Assembly: GCF_009914755.1 (NCBI RefSeq)
Contig: NC_060926.1
Strand: one strand, 5' to 3'
Length of the DNA stretch: 64,000 nt
DNA from: the human T2T-CHM13v2.0 reference genome, Homo sapiens
Below the pieces are notes generated by a model, which did no database searches, had not been told where the DNA came from, and saw only the letters and a list, made by a program, of their open reading frames with translations. The first letter of the stretch is position 1. The number at the start of each line of letters is the position of its first letter. Shown piece by piece: positions 33,311-54,630 of the stretch. The position numbers and the translations under genes are program-made.

Positions 33311-34278
33311 CTAAAATAACAAAGAGATAACTTCATTATTAGGAACGAACGAATTTAATATGTGCCTGTCAGTATAGAATTAACCATTTACATGTATTAA
33401 CAAACGTTAAGTATCTTGAGTGCTCAAGTGTTTATCCTTGTAAATCACGACCAAGGCTAAAAGGAAGGGGTGAAAAGACTCATGTCTCACTGGGATATGG
33501 CATAGTAGAATTGGCTAACATCAAGTCCACTGAGGGGCAAGAAAATACGTTCTGTTCACTAATCTAAAAGAGGCAAAGTTTTAAGTGAAGAATTATCTAT
33601 TTCCTCCTTAGTCTGATATAATATTTTGTACTTCAAAGTTAGCTAGAAGTCGGACAAGTGAGAGCAATCTGAAGACTTAAAACAATATTAGGAATAATAT
33701 TGTCCTGAGTACCTGGGACTACAGGCTTGTGCCACCATGGTTGGCTAATTTTTATATTTTTCATTGAGATGGAGTTTTACCATGTTGGCTAGGCTGGTCT
33801 CAAACTCCTGGCCTCAGGTGATCTACACACTTGGCCTCTCAAAGTGCTGAGATAACAGACAACAGCTACCATGCCCAGCAAATATTGCATTTTTTAAAAG
33901 TGTATGAAAAACAGAAGTTAGAAAAATACTATAAAGGTGTTAATCATTCAATACTGAATTATAAAGTAAACTAAAAATTCATACTTCTTAAAACTAATAC
34001 AGAACCACTTTAGCTAATAGAAGATAATGCAACCAAAAACATCAGATTAAAAATAAGAATCAGTCAATATAATAAAAGAAGAAAATCCTACTGTATACTG
34101 TTCTTTGTGTTGACCAGTCCAAATAATTGCTTTTCTTCCTAACTGATAATTTGTGTTGGTATTTTTCTGCATAATCTAATAATTTTAAGTAAATGTTACT
34201 AATTTAATATTTCTGACTTGAGAGTTATTACTCTAGCACACTACTCAAGTGTTTTTTAATAAAAAAAAACTACTATAC

Positions 34279-34385
34279 CATTTAAACTTATCAACTGCAT
34301 TTGCATTTGCATTTTTTGTCAGTAAAAATTCCACAATTTCCTCACTTCTTTTCCTTATGGCCAGTAAAAGTGGTGTGTGGCCAGC
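34279..34385 (-). CDS. ANKRD30BL: Coding exon 4, ankyrin repeat (AGHTPLLLAIRKRSEEIVEFLLTKNANANAVDKFK)
   Basis: ttttacag| acceptor and |gtatag donor; 107 nt. Confidence 0.93.
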
Positions 34386-35234
34386 CTGTAAAACAGCAAA
34401 AACAATTTATAATTCATGAAATTACATATTTCTCAGCTGAATTGAATACCTTATATAATATCCTATGAACTTAAACAATGGAAAGTAAATCAATAGCAAT
34501 CCCTTCTTTCTCACTTTTCTGTGCTTTCCCATGCACTGCACCTTCTCTTGTAAACATTCAGCCTCTGCATCACCACATTAACTCTAGTTATCTCCAAAAA
34601 TCATTATATTGTAATGATTTTATTGTTTCCCATGTAAACCAAGAGCTTCTTGAGGGCAGGGGCTGTATCTTTTACCTCTATGTCCTTAAACCCTAAGACA
34701 TAGTAGTAAATACTTTATTTTTTACTAAATTAGTAATCTAAATTATTACCTCTAGAACAGTGTTTCTTCAACTATATTCCAAAGAATAATTACCTTACCA
34801 GAAGCACTGTACCCCAAAAGATTCCACCATTATCTATGTTCAAGAAATGTTATAAAACTGTGAATTAAATATTCATTATTCAAGAAATGAATTGAACTTT
34901 ACCTAATCCTTATTTGACAGTATATTTTTGTGGCAAACATTAACATTTGACAAATTAGAATTTCAGGGATACAGTTTTGAAAGCTTCCCCCCAAAAATGG
35001 AGGTTTCCTCTGGCTGATACAAACTCACTTGATTCTCTTCTATCAACGATTCCAAGATTCCAAATGCCAATGTCAGGCACTCCTGCTCTAAATGGGTCAC
35101 TAAGGAAGTGGCTCTAAATTAAAAGAGATTGGCTTCAAATAAACTTTGATTGCTTATTATTAAATGGTCCATGGGGTTTATCCTATTACCAGACAATAGG
35201 ATTTTATCTCGGCTATTAAAAATTCAGTATACAA

Positions 35235-35550
<316 letters not shown>

Positions 35551-36589
35551 TCAGTATAAAAGTTTATTCTCTATTATAATGATACTCCTAGGATCCTAAT
35601 GCATATCTACTTCTTAAAATGCAATAATCCACTTTTATTCTGGTTTCTATTGTAATTGATACTATTTTTTGGCAAAATATCAGAAGTATGAATAAAACGG
35701 CTTATTAACGAAAGTTCTAACTCATGTATGTGGCTTAGCAAAATAGAAGCCATAAATCACTTGAATTTTAAGGGACAATTCTGTGGAGAAAGATATAATA
35801 TTTTTTCTGCAATATGCATAACCTATTCAAATACAAACATGATTAATCTAAAAAGGCTTAAAGGCTTTCTAATAGAAGATGATTATTTATGGTTTATATG
35901 AAGAAAAATCATCATTTAAAAAATATTCTAAATTTTAGAAGACAACCCCATTATTAATGAATTAATGTAAAATATAAACTATATATTATAAACACCTATA
36001 AACTGTCTTCAATAACTTGAAATCTTTACCCAAATGTACTATGAGAGAGGAATTGATAACTGAAATATTTACAGAGGCAAAAGAGGTAAGTTGAATAAGT
36101 GATGTAACTAGGTGGGCACAGTAGCAAACTGGAAACATATGCTTTATGTAAAATTAGAATGTCTTCATAGCATACCAAACAGTCATACGGGCTCAAAAGA
36201 CACAAGATTCAATCCTTTAAGAGGAAATCCAGATTTCTGCATGTCTCCTAAATTTTACATGTTGACTCAATTTATGCAGGCAAATTTTACTTTCCTGTAG
36301 TTTTACACTAACTGGAAAGAAAAAAAAAACTTGGGTGGGAAAGAATATTTGAAAATGTTTTACCTTTAACAAATTTAAATATTTATCATAATGCACAGAA
36401 AAGCCATACTAATAGTTCTTGTAAAAATATTAATATTTAAAGCAAAATCCTAGACAATTAAGTTTTCTCAAACTATTTTCATAGAAAAATAGGAATGTTT
36501 GAGCTTCCAAATATAAAACAATTTACATATGTTAATGTTAAAACAAATGGATTTCAAATATTTTGAAAATAACATTGGTTAATGTCTAC

Positions 36590-36763
36590 CTTGTTCTTCA
36601 CTTCGATGTCTGCACCACAGGACAGCAATTTTGCCACCACTGACAAATTCTCACTGTTAACAGCATAATGGACAGCTGTGTTGCCATACACATCTACAAT
36701 ATTTGGATCAGCACCAGAATCTATGAGAATATTTGCACAAGCCTCCCTCTGGCATTGCAGAGC
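36590..36763 (-). CDS. ANKRD30BL: Coding exon 3, ankyrin repeats (ALQCQREACANILIDSGADPNIVDVYGNTAVHYAV...EVKNK)
   Basis: gacag| acceptor and |gtagac donor; 174 nt open frame. Confidence 0.93.
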
Positions 36764-36883
36764 CTGTCAGTATTAAAGCAAAAAGTAAATTATAAATTAT
36801 AGGAAATATAAATAAATATTCCACAGGTTTCACAAACCAGTTATATTTCAATGAGATAGATTCATTTTTATTCTATGTATTTA

Positions 36884-37060
<177 letters not shown>

Positions 37061-39719
37061 TTAAGGAAAGTTTAGTCCACTGTCTCAAAACATAGAATGA
37101 TTTATGTAATTGTCAACATTAAATACCATGCTCTTTCTCTGCCTTCAAAACAAATATTTAATATTCTCCTGAAGAAACTACAATATTCCTTCACTGTTAT
37201 TACTCACTACATTAATGAAAGAGTGCCTGTTTGAACAGAAAGAGCTTGGCCTTTGGATTCAGTTCAACTTGGGCTTGAATATTACTTTAAAGTCTTTCAC
37301 CTTCTACTATCACTTAACCTTTCTCTGCCTCAATTTTCTCATCAATAAAGTGAAGATGAATACAGTAGTTATCTCACAGGACATCACTGTGATGCCTCAT
37401 GAGAATATGTGCAATGTATTTGGAAGAATTCCTAGCACATGTAACAGCTCAGTAATTGATAGATAATGTAATTATTTCTACTACTTAACAAAGAAAACAT
37501 TTTAAGTAAAATGGTACAATTATGCCTAATTTGTGGTATGTTTTAAAGGTTAGAGATAAAGCTATTTTAATAATTCTGAAATACTCTATTTCTCGTATTT
37601 TAACATCTCTGACATTGAAATGCCGCTTATAAGTCATTATTTGTTACAAGTATATTTTGCAGAAATTTAAACAATCTTGTATTGGTACATAAATAAGGAG
37701 GCATCACACAATTCACCGTGCCTTCCATGAAGTGGAATATGGTATATACAACAGGATGATGGCAGTCTTAGTCATAGGATTAACACTTAAAGAAATTTTA
37801 GCTTTTAAGAGTGCTATACAAAAGGAGAGTTGAAATAAAAACAAACTGTTAAAACAAAGTACTTCTTTAATATTTTTAAAACTTCAAGCCAAAGAAAACT
37901 TGGGATTCAAGAAGGTATGGCTTATTTTATTCCATGTTTAGATTTACAGAATGTATGTAAATTCATATTTAAATTTATAGAATGTATGTAAATTAGGTAT
38001 TTCCAATGATTAATATTACTATTTAAAGCTGTTATAAATTTCCAAAATCGTGGTTGGTAGTTATCTTTTACTAGTTTCTTACTTCAGAAGTGTTTTTGTT
38101 TTAAAGATGAGAGGAAAATCTTCAATTGAGATTCATTCCTAGTACTCCAACTTTAAATCTCTCACTTTGCTAAGGCTGAGCAGGTAAATGTGAAATTTTT
38201 AAGGATGAAAGGATCTTGAGAGTTAATGTATCTTCTACATAATAGGCATTCAGCTTACATGTGATAAATTGATTAAAAGGATAAATACAGTTGAGAAGTT
38301 CAATACCTTAAAAAAACTGCTATAAATAAAGCACTTATATTTTCTATTTTATTTTCTTAATAATAAAACTACACTAATTAATCTATAATTATTGACATAT
38401 ATGTAATAAATCTATATATAATAAAAATATGTGTCTAATAAGATGTATATGTAAATCAACAAGCACAGGTAAAAAGATTGTCTTTTGAAGATGCTAAAAG
38501 TTCACAGAATATACTAATCCACAAAAAGTAATAATTAAATTACGGAAAGTGAGAAATTATTTTTATTGGTGCAAAATTATATTTCTGCTCTTCCCAAAAA
38601 TTTTTCATTAATAATAAACTTTTTCTAATAGCATTGTACATGCTCAATGTGGAAATCAAAGATAATAAAAAGGAAAAACATTTTATATTAAACACCCTCA
38701 AATAACAAATTTTATCATATTTCATACACAACTTCAGATAACACAAGACTGTAGTCTGTGTGTATGTATAATCAAACTGAACTTTACCCTCACTTGATAC
38801 ACCAGAATACATTTTCAAATGTCACCTATTTCTCTACATATTTCTACCTTCAGTGGTCACATATTATCCCATGCTGTAAATTCACTGAAATGTATTTATA
38901 AAAGTCATTATATGAATTCTTCTTAATAATATGGTACTTACCACCAAATTGTCTATTTGAAAAGTTATCTGCAACTTAAACTTTAAACAGCAGTATAAAT
39001 ATCACTGCTCTTTATCCTCACAAACTTTGTAGATAGAAAGCAGTATTTGATTCCTTTTTTAACTTAAATGCCTTCTGTAACCAGGAACACTAAATATTGT
39101 TTTCTGTGTGCATAGGTCACTTACAGATCTTAAGAAAATACTTTCCCAATTTTAAATTAGAAGCAAAGTACTATTTTTAGATCTGCAATTTATATCTCTA
39201 ACTTAAATTGCTCAATTATAATTAGCGGGTTTTTTGTTGATTTAAGTGAATTATCTATAAAATGACGATTTAAAAATCTAATATGTATACACACACTCAC
39301 ATACATGTGTAGTAAATATTTTACAAGTATGCTGCCTTTTATTTTTTCTCATTACAGTTTAATTTAATTTTGTTTTGCTTAATTATCCTTCAGACTGCTT
39401 GCTTCTGAGCTTCTTAGAAAGGTGTTGTCAACATAAAAATGTACCTGTGTAAATAGGTATTTATGTTTTCTTCTGGTGCTTTTATCATTTTGTATATTAA
39501 AAAAATTTAATCTATATTCCATCAGAAATTTACTTTGTGGCATAAAAATCTAGTTTTCTCCAAAAAGCAGGCATTTCACTTATGAAACTAATTCTTTCCC
39601 TACTAGTATAACCTGTGAGCATTATCAAGTTCTAAATTCTTAGATATTTGGGTGTTTCTGGATTTTCTACTCTGTTGTATTCATTTACCTGTCTTTTCAG
39701 CTGTTATCAAATAATTTGT

Positions 39720-40344
<625 letters not shown>

Positions 40345-41107
40345 ATGGCCCATTTTGTGCAAATTAATAGCACATTTTGAAATCTAGAAGGGCAAGACTT
40401 TTCTACTCCGTTACAAAATGTTTTAAATGTCACCACAATAGTAAAAGACAGCGTGTGTAATTTTAAAAATGTTAAAACGTTGATAACTTTATTTGGTTTA
40501 TGTAAAACTGATAAAGAACTTGCATCTTCAGAAAAATGAGTCTTCTTAAATTCGAAAACATAAACCATCTTCCCACCTCAAAGTTACCTTCTAAGGTCCC
40601 TCAGCAAAGAATATATTTACATAGACATTCATTGATATTGAAATGGATACTGGACTTTATCCAAAAAATTTTTAGCCAAGAAGTTAATATATTATGGGAA
40701 TTATTTCATTATGCACCATTTCATAATGTATCTAACATTATCTTTTAAAACCTGTACATTAAAAGTAAAACCCTGTATGTACTTAATTTTATAAGTTAAA
40801 TCACTTTAAAATTCTCTACACAGTGCTCTGTGAGAGGAAGTGGGAGTGAAGGAGAAAGCAGCTAAAGTTTGGGGTTGATTTTAAGGTGGCCTGTGCCCTC
40901 CGCCCTGCAGGGCGCCCTCATCCAAGGCCTGGGGGGCCTGCCCGGGAAGAAGGCCAAGACCTCGGGGCCCAGGACGGCCGCCCCGCTGCCCGCCACTCCT
41001 CCACCTGCTCCCCTCGTCCCCAGGACCCCCAGGCCCCACTCTGAAGGGGCGATCCTCCCACAGCCTCCTCCTCCTCCTGCAGCCCCGGCTCAGGCAGGGC
41101 CTGGTAC

Positions 41108-41325
41108 CTCTTCTTCGCATCTCTTATGTTCAGGTCCATTGTCGTCTTCTTCATCATCCTCTCCAGCTTCCAGGCTTGGCCCCGGGAGGCAGCTTTGTGG
41201 ATCTTCCTGAGATCCCCATGGTGAATCACGTAAGAGTCGTTGTTGGTGTAGACCAGCTGACTGAAGGGGCTCGGGCGCTCTGGGCCCGTCTGGCCCTTGA
41301 CAGGGGCGGCAGAGAGCCTCTCCAT
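41108..41325 (-). CDS. ANKRD30BL: ANKRD30B-like coding exon 1 (MERLSAAPVK...NIRDAKK)
   Basis: Kozak-context gcagccATGG at 41325; 218 nt open frame homologous to the ANKRD30A/B N-terminus; donor AG|gtacca at 41107. Confidence 0.93.
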
Positions 41326-41500
41326 GGCTGCAGCCACCTGCTAGAGAGAGCCCGTGCCTCCCGCTGCTCGCCCTTCCCCAGTCCCCGCCGCTCGCCCTCG
41401 CCCTTCTTCAGTCCCTGCATCCGCCCTGACAAGACTAGAAATCTCAGTCGGGCCAAGCTTTTGGACACTCCAACCTCTCCCGGGAGAAAATGGCTGCGCA

Positions 41501-41578
41501 AAACCGTTAGGCAGCTGAGCAGAACCGTTAGGCACCTGAGCAGAACCTTTAGGCAGCTGAGCAGAACCGTTAGGCAAC
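41501..41578 (+). repeat. 21-bp tandem repeat (aaccgttaggcagctgagcag), about 3.6 copies
   Basis: Units start at 41502, 41523, 41544 and 41565. Confidence 0.95.
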
Positions 41579-41778
41579 AGCGCATGCGCAACTCAGCAGA
41601 CCTGGGAGACACGCGAGGCAGGAAACCGCCCTGGCTGCGCTTCGCCCAGCACGGCGTGCAGGTGGCACCTGCTACTGAGGCGCTATCGGGCTGGCGGGGC
41701 TCCCTGGAGCGGAACGTGGGGGGCTCCCTGCCACATGGCCTGCTTGACAGAGCTGCCCCTGTCCCCTCCTCAACCTGA

Positions 41779-42470
41779 GATCCAGGAGCTGGGCCCTGGC
41801 GCTGGGCATCGTGCAGCCTCCAGGGTGGCGCTGAGCGTCGGTTCCCGGCCTCTTGCAGCCAGGGACCCATCCCTGACTTAGGCGCCTGGAGGCTTCTGGC
41901 CCAAGTATCCGCGCGGCTGGTGGCGCTGGCAGGGTCAGGGTTGCAGCCTCTCCTGCCACGTGCCATGTTCAGGTGGCAGCTGCAGCTGAGCCCATGGTAG
42001 AGGCTACAGGGTTGGGCCCAGACCGCTGAGCATCGCCGAGTACATCGCCCTTCCACCCGGGGCTCTGCTCTTCCTCGGCTCGCGCTGGCAGCGCAGGCTT
42101 GCCACCACTGGGCCCTGTACAGCTGCGGCGATGAGGCTTTGCGGCAGGTTCCCACGATCCTGCAACTGAGGTCCCACTGCCTGACTTAGGCGCAGTGGCG
42201 GTGTCCGACCCTGGGGTTCGCCTGCTGGTGGCGCGGACAGGTTCGGGGGTTGCCACCGCTGCTGCCACCTTCAAATGCCAGCTGCAGCTGAGCCCACGGT
42301 AGAGGCTGCAGGGCTGGGCCCGACGGCCTGAGGGTAGCCGTGTGGCACACGCCCTCCCACTCTAGGCCCTGCTCTTCCTTGGCTCGCGCCCTGAGCGCTG
42401 GTTTGCAGGCTCTGGGCACTGTGCAGTCGCCAGGATGCGGCTGAGCAGCAGGTTCAGCGCCGCCTGGGCC
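41779..42470 (+). repeat. GC-rich diverged tandem duplication with ~300-bp period
   Basis: cagctgcagctgagccca(t/c)ggtagaggct at ~41977 and ~42280; cctgacttaggcgc at ~41872 and ~42180. Confidence 0.8.
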
Positions 42471-42787
42471 CAGAGGGGAAGAGGGGAGTTTGGGGTTGCT
42501 TGGCCGTATTTGCCTGTGCGCCAAGTGCAGGTAGCGGCTACAGTTCTGACAGGCACGGATGGCGGGTCCCGTTTAGAGGGCTTCAAGGTTCCTGAGAGCG
42601 CCCGCTGCCAGGCCTCAGGATCCCTTCCTCGTTGACCAGCATCTGGAGTATGGCAGTGGCGCTGGGTCATCTGCAGCCCTCCTGGATGGGGCTGAGCTGC
42701 AGTTCTCACCCTTGGACTGAGAGGGAAACTCGGCTGAGTGGAGCAGATGGAGAAACAGTTAAATTGAACTTATCTATAAAGACTTCC

Positions 42788-49276
<6,489 letters not shown>

Positions 49277-49810
49277 GAGGTGAATGGTTTAGGAACTGTA
49301 GACATTTAACTCACAGATTAGAGACTGTAATAGGAAATTGCAGAGGTATATGCCCCCAGGTGAAACATTGGTCAAGTCTTTATGAGATAGTATTGAACCT
49401 AATGCAGAATTTTATTCTCCATTTTTATATTATTGTTTACTATATAAATTAAACAGCCATTTAGTTGCATCTCTAGGTGGTTTTTGTTTTCCTCTGACAC
49501 TTACTTGAATGTTCTCCTATAAAGTACTGAGCATAACAACTTACTTTTAAATCTCATTGTTTTAAGGATTTATTTTTTGCCTCATTGGTAGATAATTTTA
49601 TCAAAGCAAAAAACTGACTCAACATCCAGTAGAAGGAACTGTGTATTAATTACACAGTTTCTTTTTCTAGCTCTGATCCTCAATTTTATATACTACAGCT
49701 TGTAAGTGAAATACATCCTTCAAACCCTGTCTAATTTCTATTTTTCTCTGAGAATTCAGAAAAATATATTTGTACTGACTCTCCATGCTTGTAGGACAAC
49801 ATATTATTAT

Positions 49811-50136
49811 TGTAGGACTTTCTCCTTAGTTCAGCTAAAAGCTACATTCTTGTCACACAGCCATGAAATATTAGGCTCACCGACGCTTTGAAGGGTGAGA
49901 AAAATGGAATTTATTGGGCAAAAGGGAAAAAAGGGGAAACAGAGACTGTCAGTAAAGTGAGTCCTGCTACCCAGCTTCCTGCCTCATAGATTGAATCCCA
50001 GCCTCCGTCCTGGAACAGAAGAGGCCAGGCTCCTCCCCGCTGCAAACTTCCCGAGGCTCCACCTCAGTGTGCACTCCTGCCAGTGTGCAAGCTGGTCGGA
50101 GGTTCTGCTGGGGAGCCCTTTTTACTTGCTGTCTCA
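49811..50136 (-). mobile_element. MER61-like solo LTR
   Basis: TG...CA ends and 4-bp TSD ttat (49807-49810 / 50137-50140). Confidence 0.8.
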
Positions 50137-52333
50137 TTATTTGCATAGTTTCATCAAGAATCTGTCCTTTTTTCTTGGGATTTAATTGGACATCCAAGGT
50201 CATACATGTGTTTATAAGGTATGAAAATACCTATTAAGGAATAAGATTGTACTTTAAATGCTGAGCCAATACCTACTAAGTCCTCCACCTGTTCTATGGT
50301 TCCAGCCTCACATTGGTAAGGGAGTGTTTTCAGAAGGCCATGAATCTTACATTTTAGAACCTGGTGGAGGGAAGACTTCACCTATGTGTTTAACTCCTCT
50401 TTCTGAAGCTACATAAATAATCAGGGTCGAATATAGTCAGATAAACTTTTTCTTTTTTTTGATTAAGAATAACACTTGGAGGCTGAGCCGGTGGCTCACG
50501 CCTGTAAGCCCAGCACTTTGGGAGGCTGAGGCGGGCGGATCACGTGGTGAGGAGATCGAGACCATCCTGGCTAACACGGTGAAACCTCGTCTCTACTAAA
50601 AATACAAAAAATTAGCCGGGCGTGGTGGCGGGCGCCTGTAGTCCCAGCTACTCCGGAGGCTGAGGCAGGAGAATGGCGTGAACCTGGAGGCGGAGCCTGC
50701 AGTGAGCCGAGATCGCACCACTGTACTCCAGCCTGGGAGACAGAGCCAGACTCTGTCTCAAAAAAAAAAAAAAAGAATAACACTTGGAGATTATTGACAT
50801 GAAAATAAGGAACTGAGTTAGTTATGGATTAGCACTAACAGAGGACATATTTGTGATAGGGGACTGCTAAGGAAAAGTATCTAAAACTCTGACATAAAAC
50901 ATGTATTTTTAGTGTAATATTACATTATTAAAAGCTATCATCTCAAAGGCGAACCCAAAGATTACTTCATTTTCTTTTGACTTGGCCATGTATTAGTTGA
51001 TTTGATCCTAGATGCTATGCGATTATGTGATAACTTCTAGGTTTCTCTCTAGTAGAAAAAGACAATGCCAGACCTTATGGATCTGTTTCCATGAAGGATA
51101 TTAATCAGTTTTAATTCACAACTGATAGGAGTTCATCAAACATCAGAAAAACTGCTCTGGAGTGCATTTACTGTAAACATTTTTGTGAATTACTGCATTA
51201 TATCACATTTCCAATTCCCTTTTTCTAATAAGTTTAATAAAGTTTAAATTTTATGCTTAATAACAAAAAATACAGTGCAATTGGGAATACGTATTTTTTC
51301 TTTTAATTTTCTTCTTTAAATTGTGCTAAAATACACATACTGTACAATTTATCACTTTAATGAATTTTAAATGAACAGTTCAGAGGACATTACATTCACC
51401 AAATTGCACAACCTTTACCACCGTTCATTTCCAGAACTCTTTAATCATCCCATATAGAAACTCTGTACCCATTAAACAATAACTTCTCACCCACACTAGT
51501 CCCTGGTAATGATTATTCTTTCTGTCTCTATGATTTGCTTATTCTAAGTACTTCAAGCAATATTTATCCTTTTGCATCTGGATTATTTCACTAAGCATAG
51601 TGTTTTCAAAGTTTACGTATGTTGTAGTCATTGAAATTCTGTAGTGTATATTAGAATTTCATTCCTTAATAAGGCTGAATAAGTTTCCATTATGTGAATA
51701 TGGTGTATTTTGTTTATTCATTCATTTATTGATGAACATTTGAGTTGCTTCCTGCTTTTGGTTACTGTAAATCATGGTACTGTGAACATTGGTGGTCAAT
51801 ATCTGTTGGAGTCTCTATTTGCAATTACTTTGGGCATGTATATAGGCATAGAATTGCTGGATCACATAGTAGTTCTATGTCTAACTTTTGAGGAGCCACC
51901 TAACTGTTGTCCACAGAAGCTACACCATTTTACATTCCCACCAGCAATGCACAAGTGTTCCCATTGACTCTAAATCCTCACTAACACTTGTTATTTTCTG
52001 GGGTTTCTTTTCTGTAATAATCCTAATGGGTGTGAAATGATATCTCATCATTATTTTCATTTGTGTTTTTCTAATGCTAGTGATATTAAGCCTCTTTTCA
52101 TGTGCTTGTTGGCCATTCATACATCTTCTTTAGATAATTATCTATTCAAGTCCTTTGCCTATTTAAAAAATTGAACCATTTATTATTGTTGTTGAGTTGC
52201 TGGAGTTCTTTATTCTATTATACATATTATATCCACATATACTGATGTCATATCACATATGTGATTTGCAGACATCTCCCATTCTTTGAGTTGTTGTTCC
52301 ACTGTCTTGAGGGTGACTTTTTTTTTTTTTTGA

Positions 52334-52441
<108 letters not shown>

Positions 52442-54630
52442 TAGCTGGGATTACAGGTGCACACCACCATGCCCAGCTAATTTTTGTATTTTTAGTAGAA
52501 ATGGGGTTTCACCATATTGGCCAGGCTGGTCTCAAATTCCTGATCTTGTGATCCACCCACCTCAGCCTCCCAAAGTGCTGGGATTACAGGCGTGAGCCAC
52601 CACACCTGGTCAACGGTGACTTTTAATGCACAGAACTTTTACTTTGGATGAAACTAATTTTTTTGTTATTTTTTCATTCCCTGTACCTTTGATGTCATAT
52701 CTAAGAAATCATTGCTAAATCTAACATAAAGAATATTTTCTCCTATTTTTTTTTCTAGGAGTTTAAGGGTTGTAGTTGTTACTTTTAAGTCTTTGATCTA
52801 TTATAGTTTATTTTTGTATATTATGTAAGTTAAGGGCCCAAACTTTATATTTTGCCTGTGGATATCCAGTTTTCCCAGTACTATTTGTTGTTATTAATCA
52901 ATTTTGCTTCTTTTTTTTTTTTTTTTTGAGATGGAGTTTCACTCTGTCACCCAGGCTGGAGTGCAGTGGCTCAATCCTGGATCACTGCAAGCTCTGCCTC
53001 CTGGGTTCATGCCATTCTCCTACCTCAGCATCCTAAGTAGCTGGGACTACAGGCCACCACGCCCGGCTAATTTTGGTTTTGTACTTTTAGTAAAGACTGG
53101 GTTTCACCGTGTTAGTCAGGATGGTCTCGATTTCCTCACCTCGTGATCCACCCGCCTCAGCCTCCCAAAGTGCTGGGATTACAGGTGTGCATCGCTCCTG
53201 GCCCAGTTTGGCTTCTAACATAGTTGTCTTATTCTAACATTTCTTGTTTTTGGGGAAAAAAATCTGTAATTATTTTTTTTTTACTTGTTCTTGGAACCAG
53301 CTTTCCGACCTACTGATTTCCTCAGGAATAAGTGAAATAAATTTTGACAGAGGTTTATTTTGTATTTGTATGTGAGTTTTATTATTAAGCTCATTATTAA
53401 GTTTTATTATTAAGCAGAGAAAATTATACTCTGGCCATGTAAATATCCACAGTGTATTACTTTCAGAATGTCCTAATTTTTTCTCTTGCTATAAAGAAGA
53501 CTCAGGGAATTTACAATAACACACCTGAGTGTTAGAGTCAGGCAGCCACTGTGAGTTGGTGGGTCAGAACTGTACATAGATTTTGAAACAAACAACAGCT
53601 ACAATGACAATTTCTTATAGACAGAGAATGTAAACCCGTGCTTTATTTACTTCTCTCCCAACGAACATAACTAGGCCTATTTTTTATTCTGAGACTTCTC
53701 TAAAGGGGCCTTTCATTTGTTCTATGACAGATAACTTGATGGATCAAGTGGGTTAAAACTAAAATAATAGTGTGAAACACCCAGTTATGTCCTTGTAAGC
53801 ATTGTATGTTGACATTTGCAGTAGGCTTTCATGAAATGATTTAAGGCTTTGAGACCCTGGAACAAACTTAGAACCACTATATTAATAGTGGCTACAAACT
53901 AGTATTAGCCAGAAGGGTTTTGAAAGATTATGTTGATTTCTTAGATATATTTGTGTCAGAGAGGCAACTGCAAGTTAATCTCTACTCTCAGTGAAAGGCT
54001 TAATGTGGACATCTATAAAATCCCCAGTGGTCATAACTTGCAGGAGTCTCTCCAGAGGGACAGCATCATACCCAGTAGGGTGACATTAATTTCCTCAGGA
54101 CAGATCAGCAATTAAAAAAAAATACAGAACTAGGCATGCGTCAACTTCTCCCTTAAAATTGTATTTCTCCTCTAAATGAAAGCACATTTTTAAGAAAGAA
54201 AGATGTGTAAGATATAGAAATATTAAAGTAAGGGCTACAAGAGGCGGCTAAATATCAAAGTTGTGGGTGGTGAGTTATACTCAGCTACTTCATTTGACAG
54301 TTTAAGAAGTCAGATCTAAGTCAAAAGAAGTAACTTCTATCTCTTTGGAAAAGTGAATTGATTATATGCCATTGTCAATAAGTGAAGATGGTATCAGTGT
54401 TCTCTAGATGTTTAAAATATTGTAAGACATCTGTTCATATAAAAATTGTTAATCATCTTGCTTGCTATGGGCTTTTTAAAGAGAATTAAGGGCTACTCCT
54501 TTTAGTAAACATGTAACTCTCTACATTGAAAAACTCCAATTGTAAATTGACTTGCTATCCTTTCCTTCAATACAAACATTAGCCCCAAATGCAAAAGTGG
54601 CATGGATTCAGAGTAAATTAAGTGAAAATA

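Larger units (their letters stand above)
40880..42720. promoter_or_regulatory. GC/CpG-rich island covering exon 1 and the upstream promoter
   Basis: Abrupt shift to high GC with many CpGs in AT-rich surroundings; NRF1 palindrome GCGCATGCGC at 41580-41589; YY1-like AAAATGGC at 41487-41494. Confidence 0.85.

Noticed and set aside
41501-41578. Regularly spaced short repeats as a CRISPR-like array
   Set aside because: Contiguous tandem units with no unique spacers, in a primate genome.
41226-42709. Long GC-rich ORFs (309 aa, 200 aa and others)
   Set aside because: Expected from stop-codon scarcity in a repeated GC-rich island; no recognisable domain.
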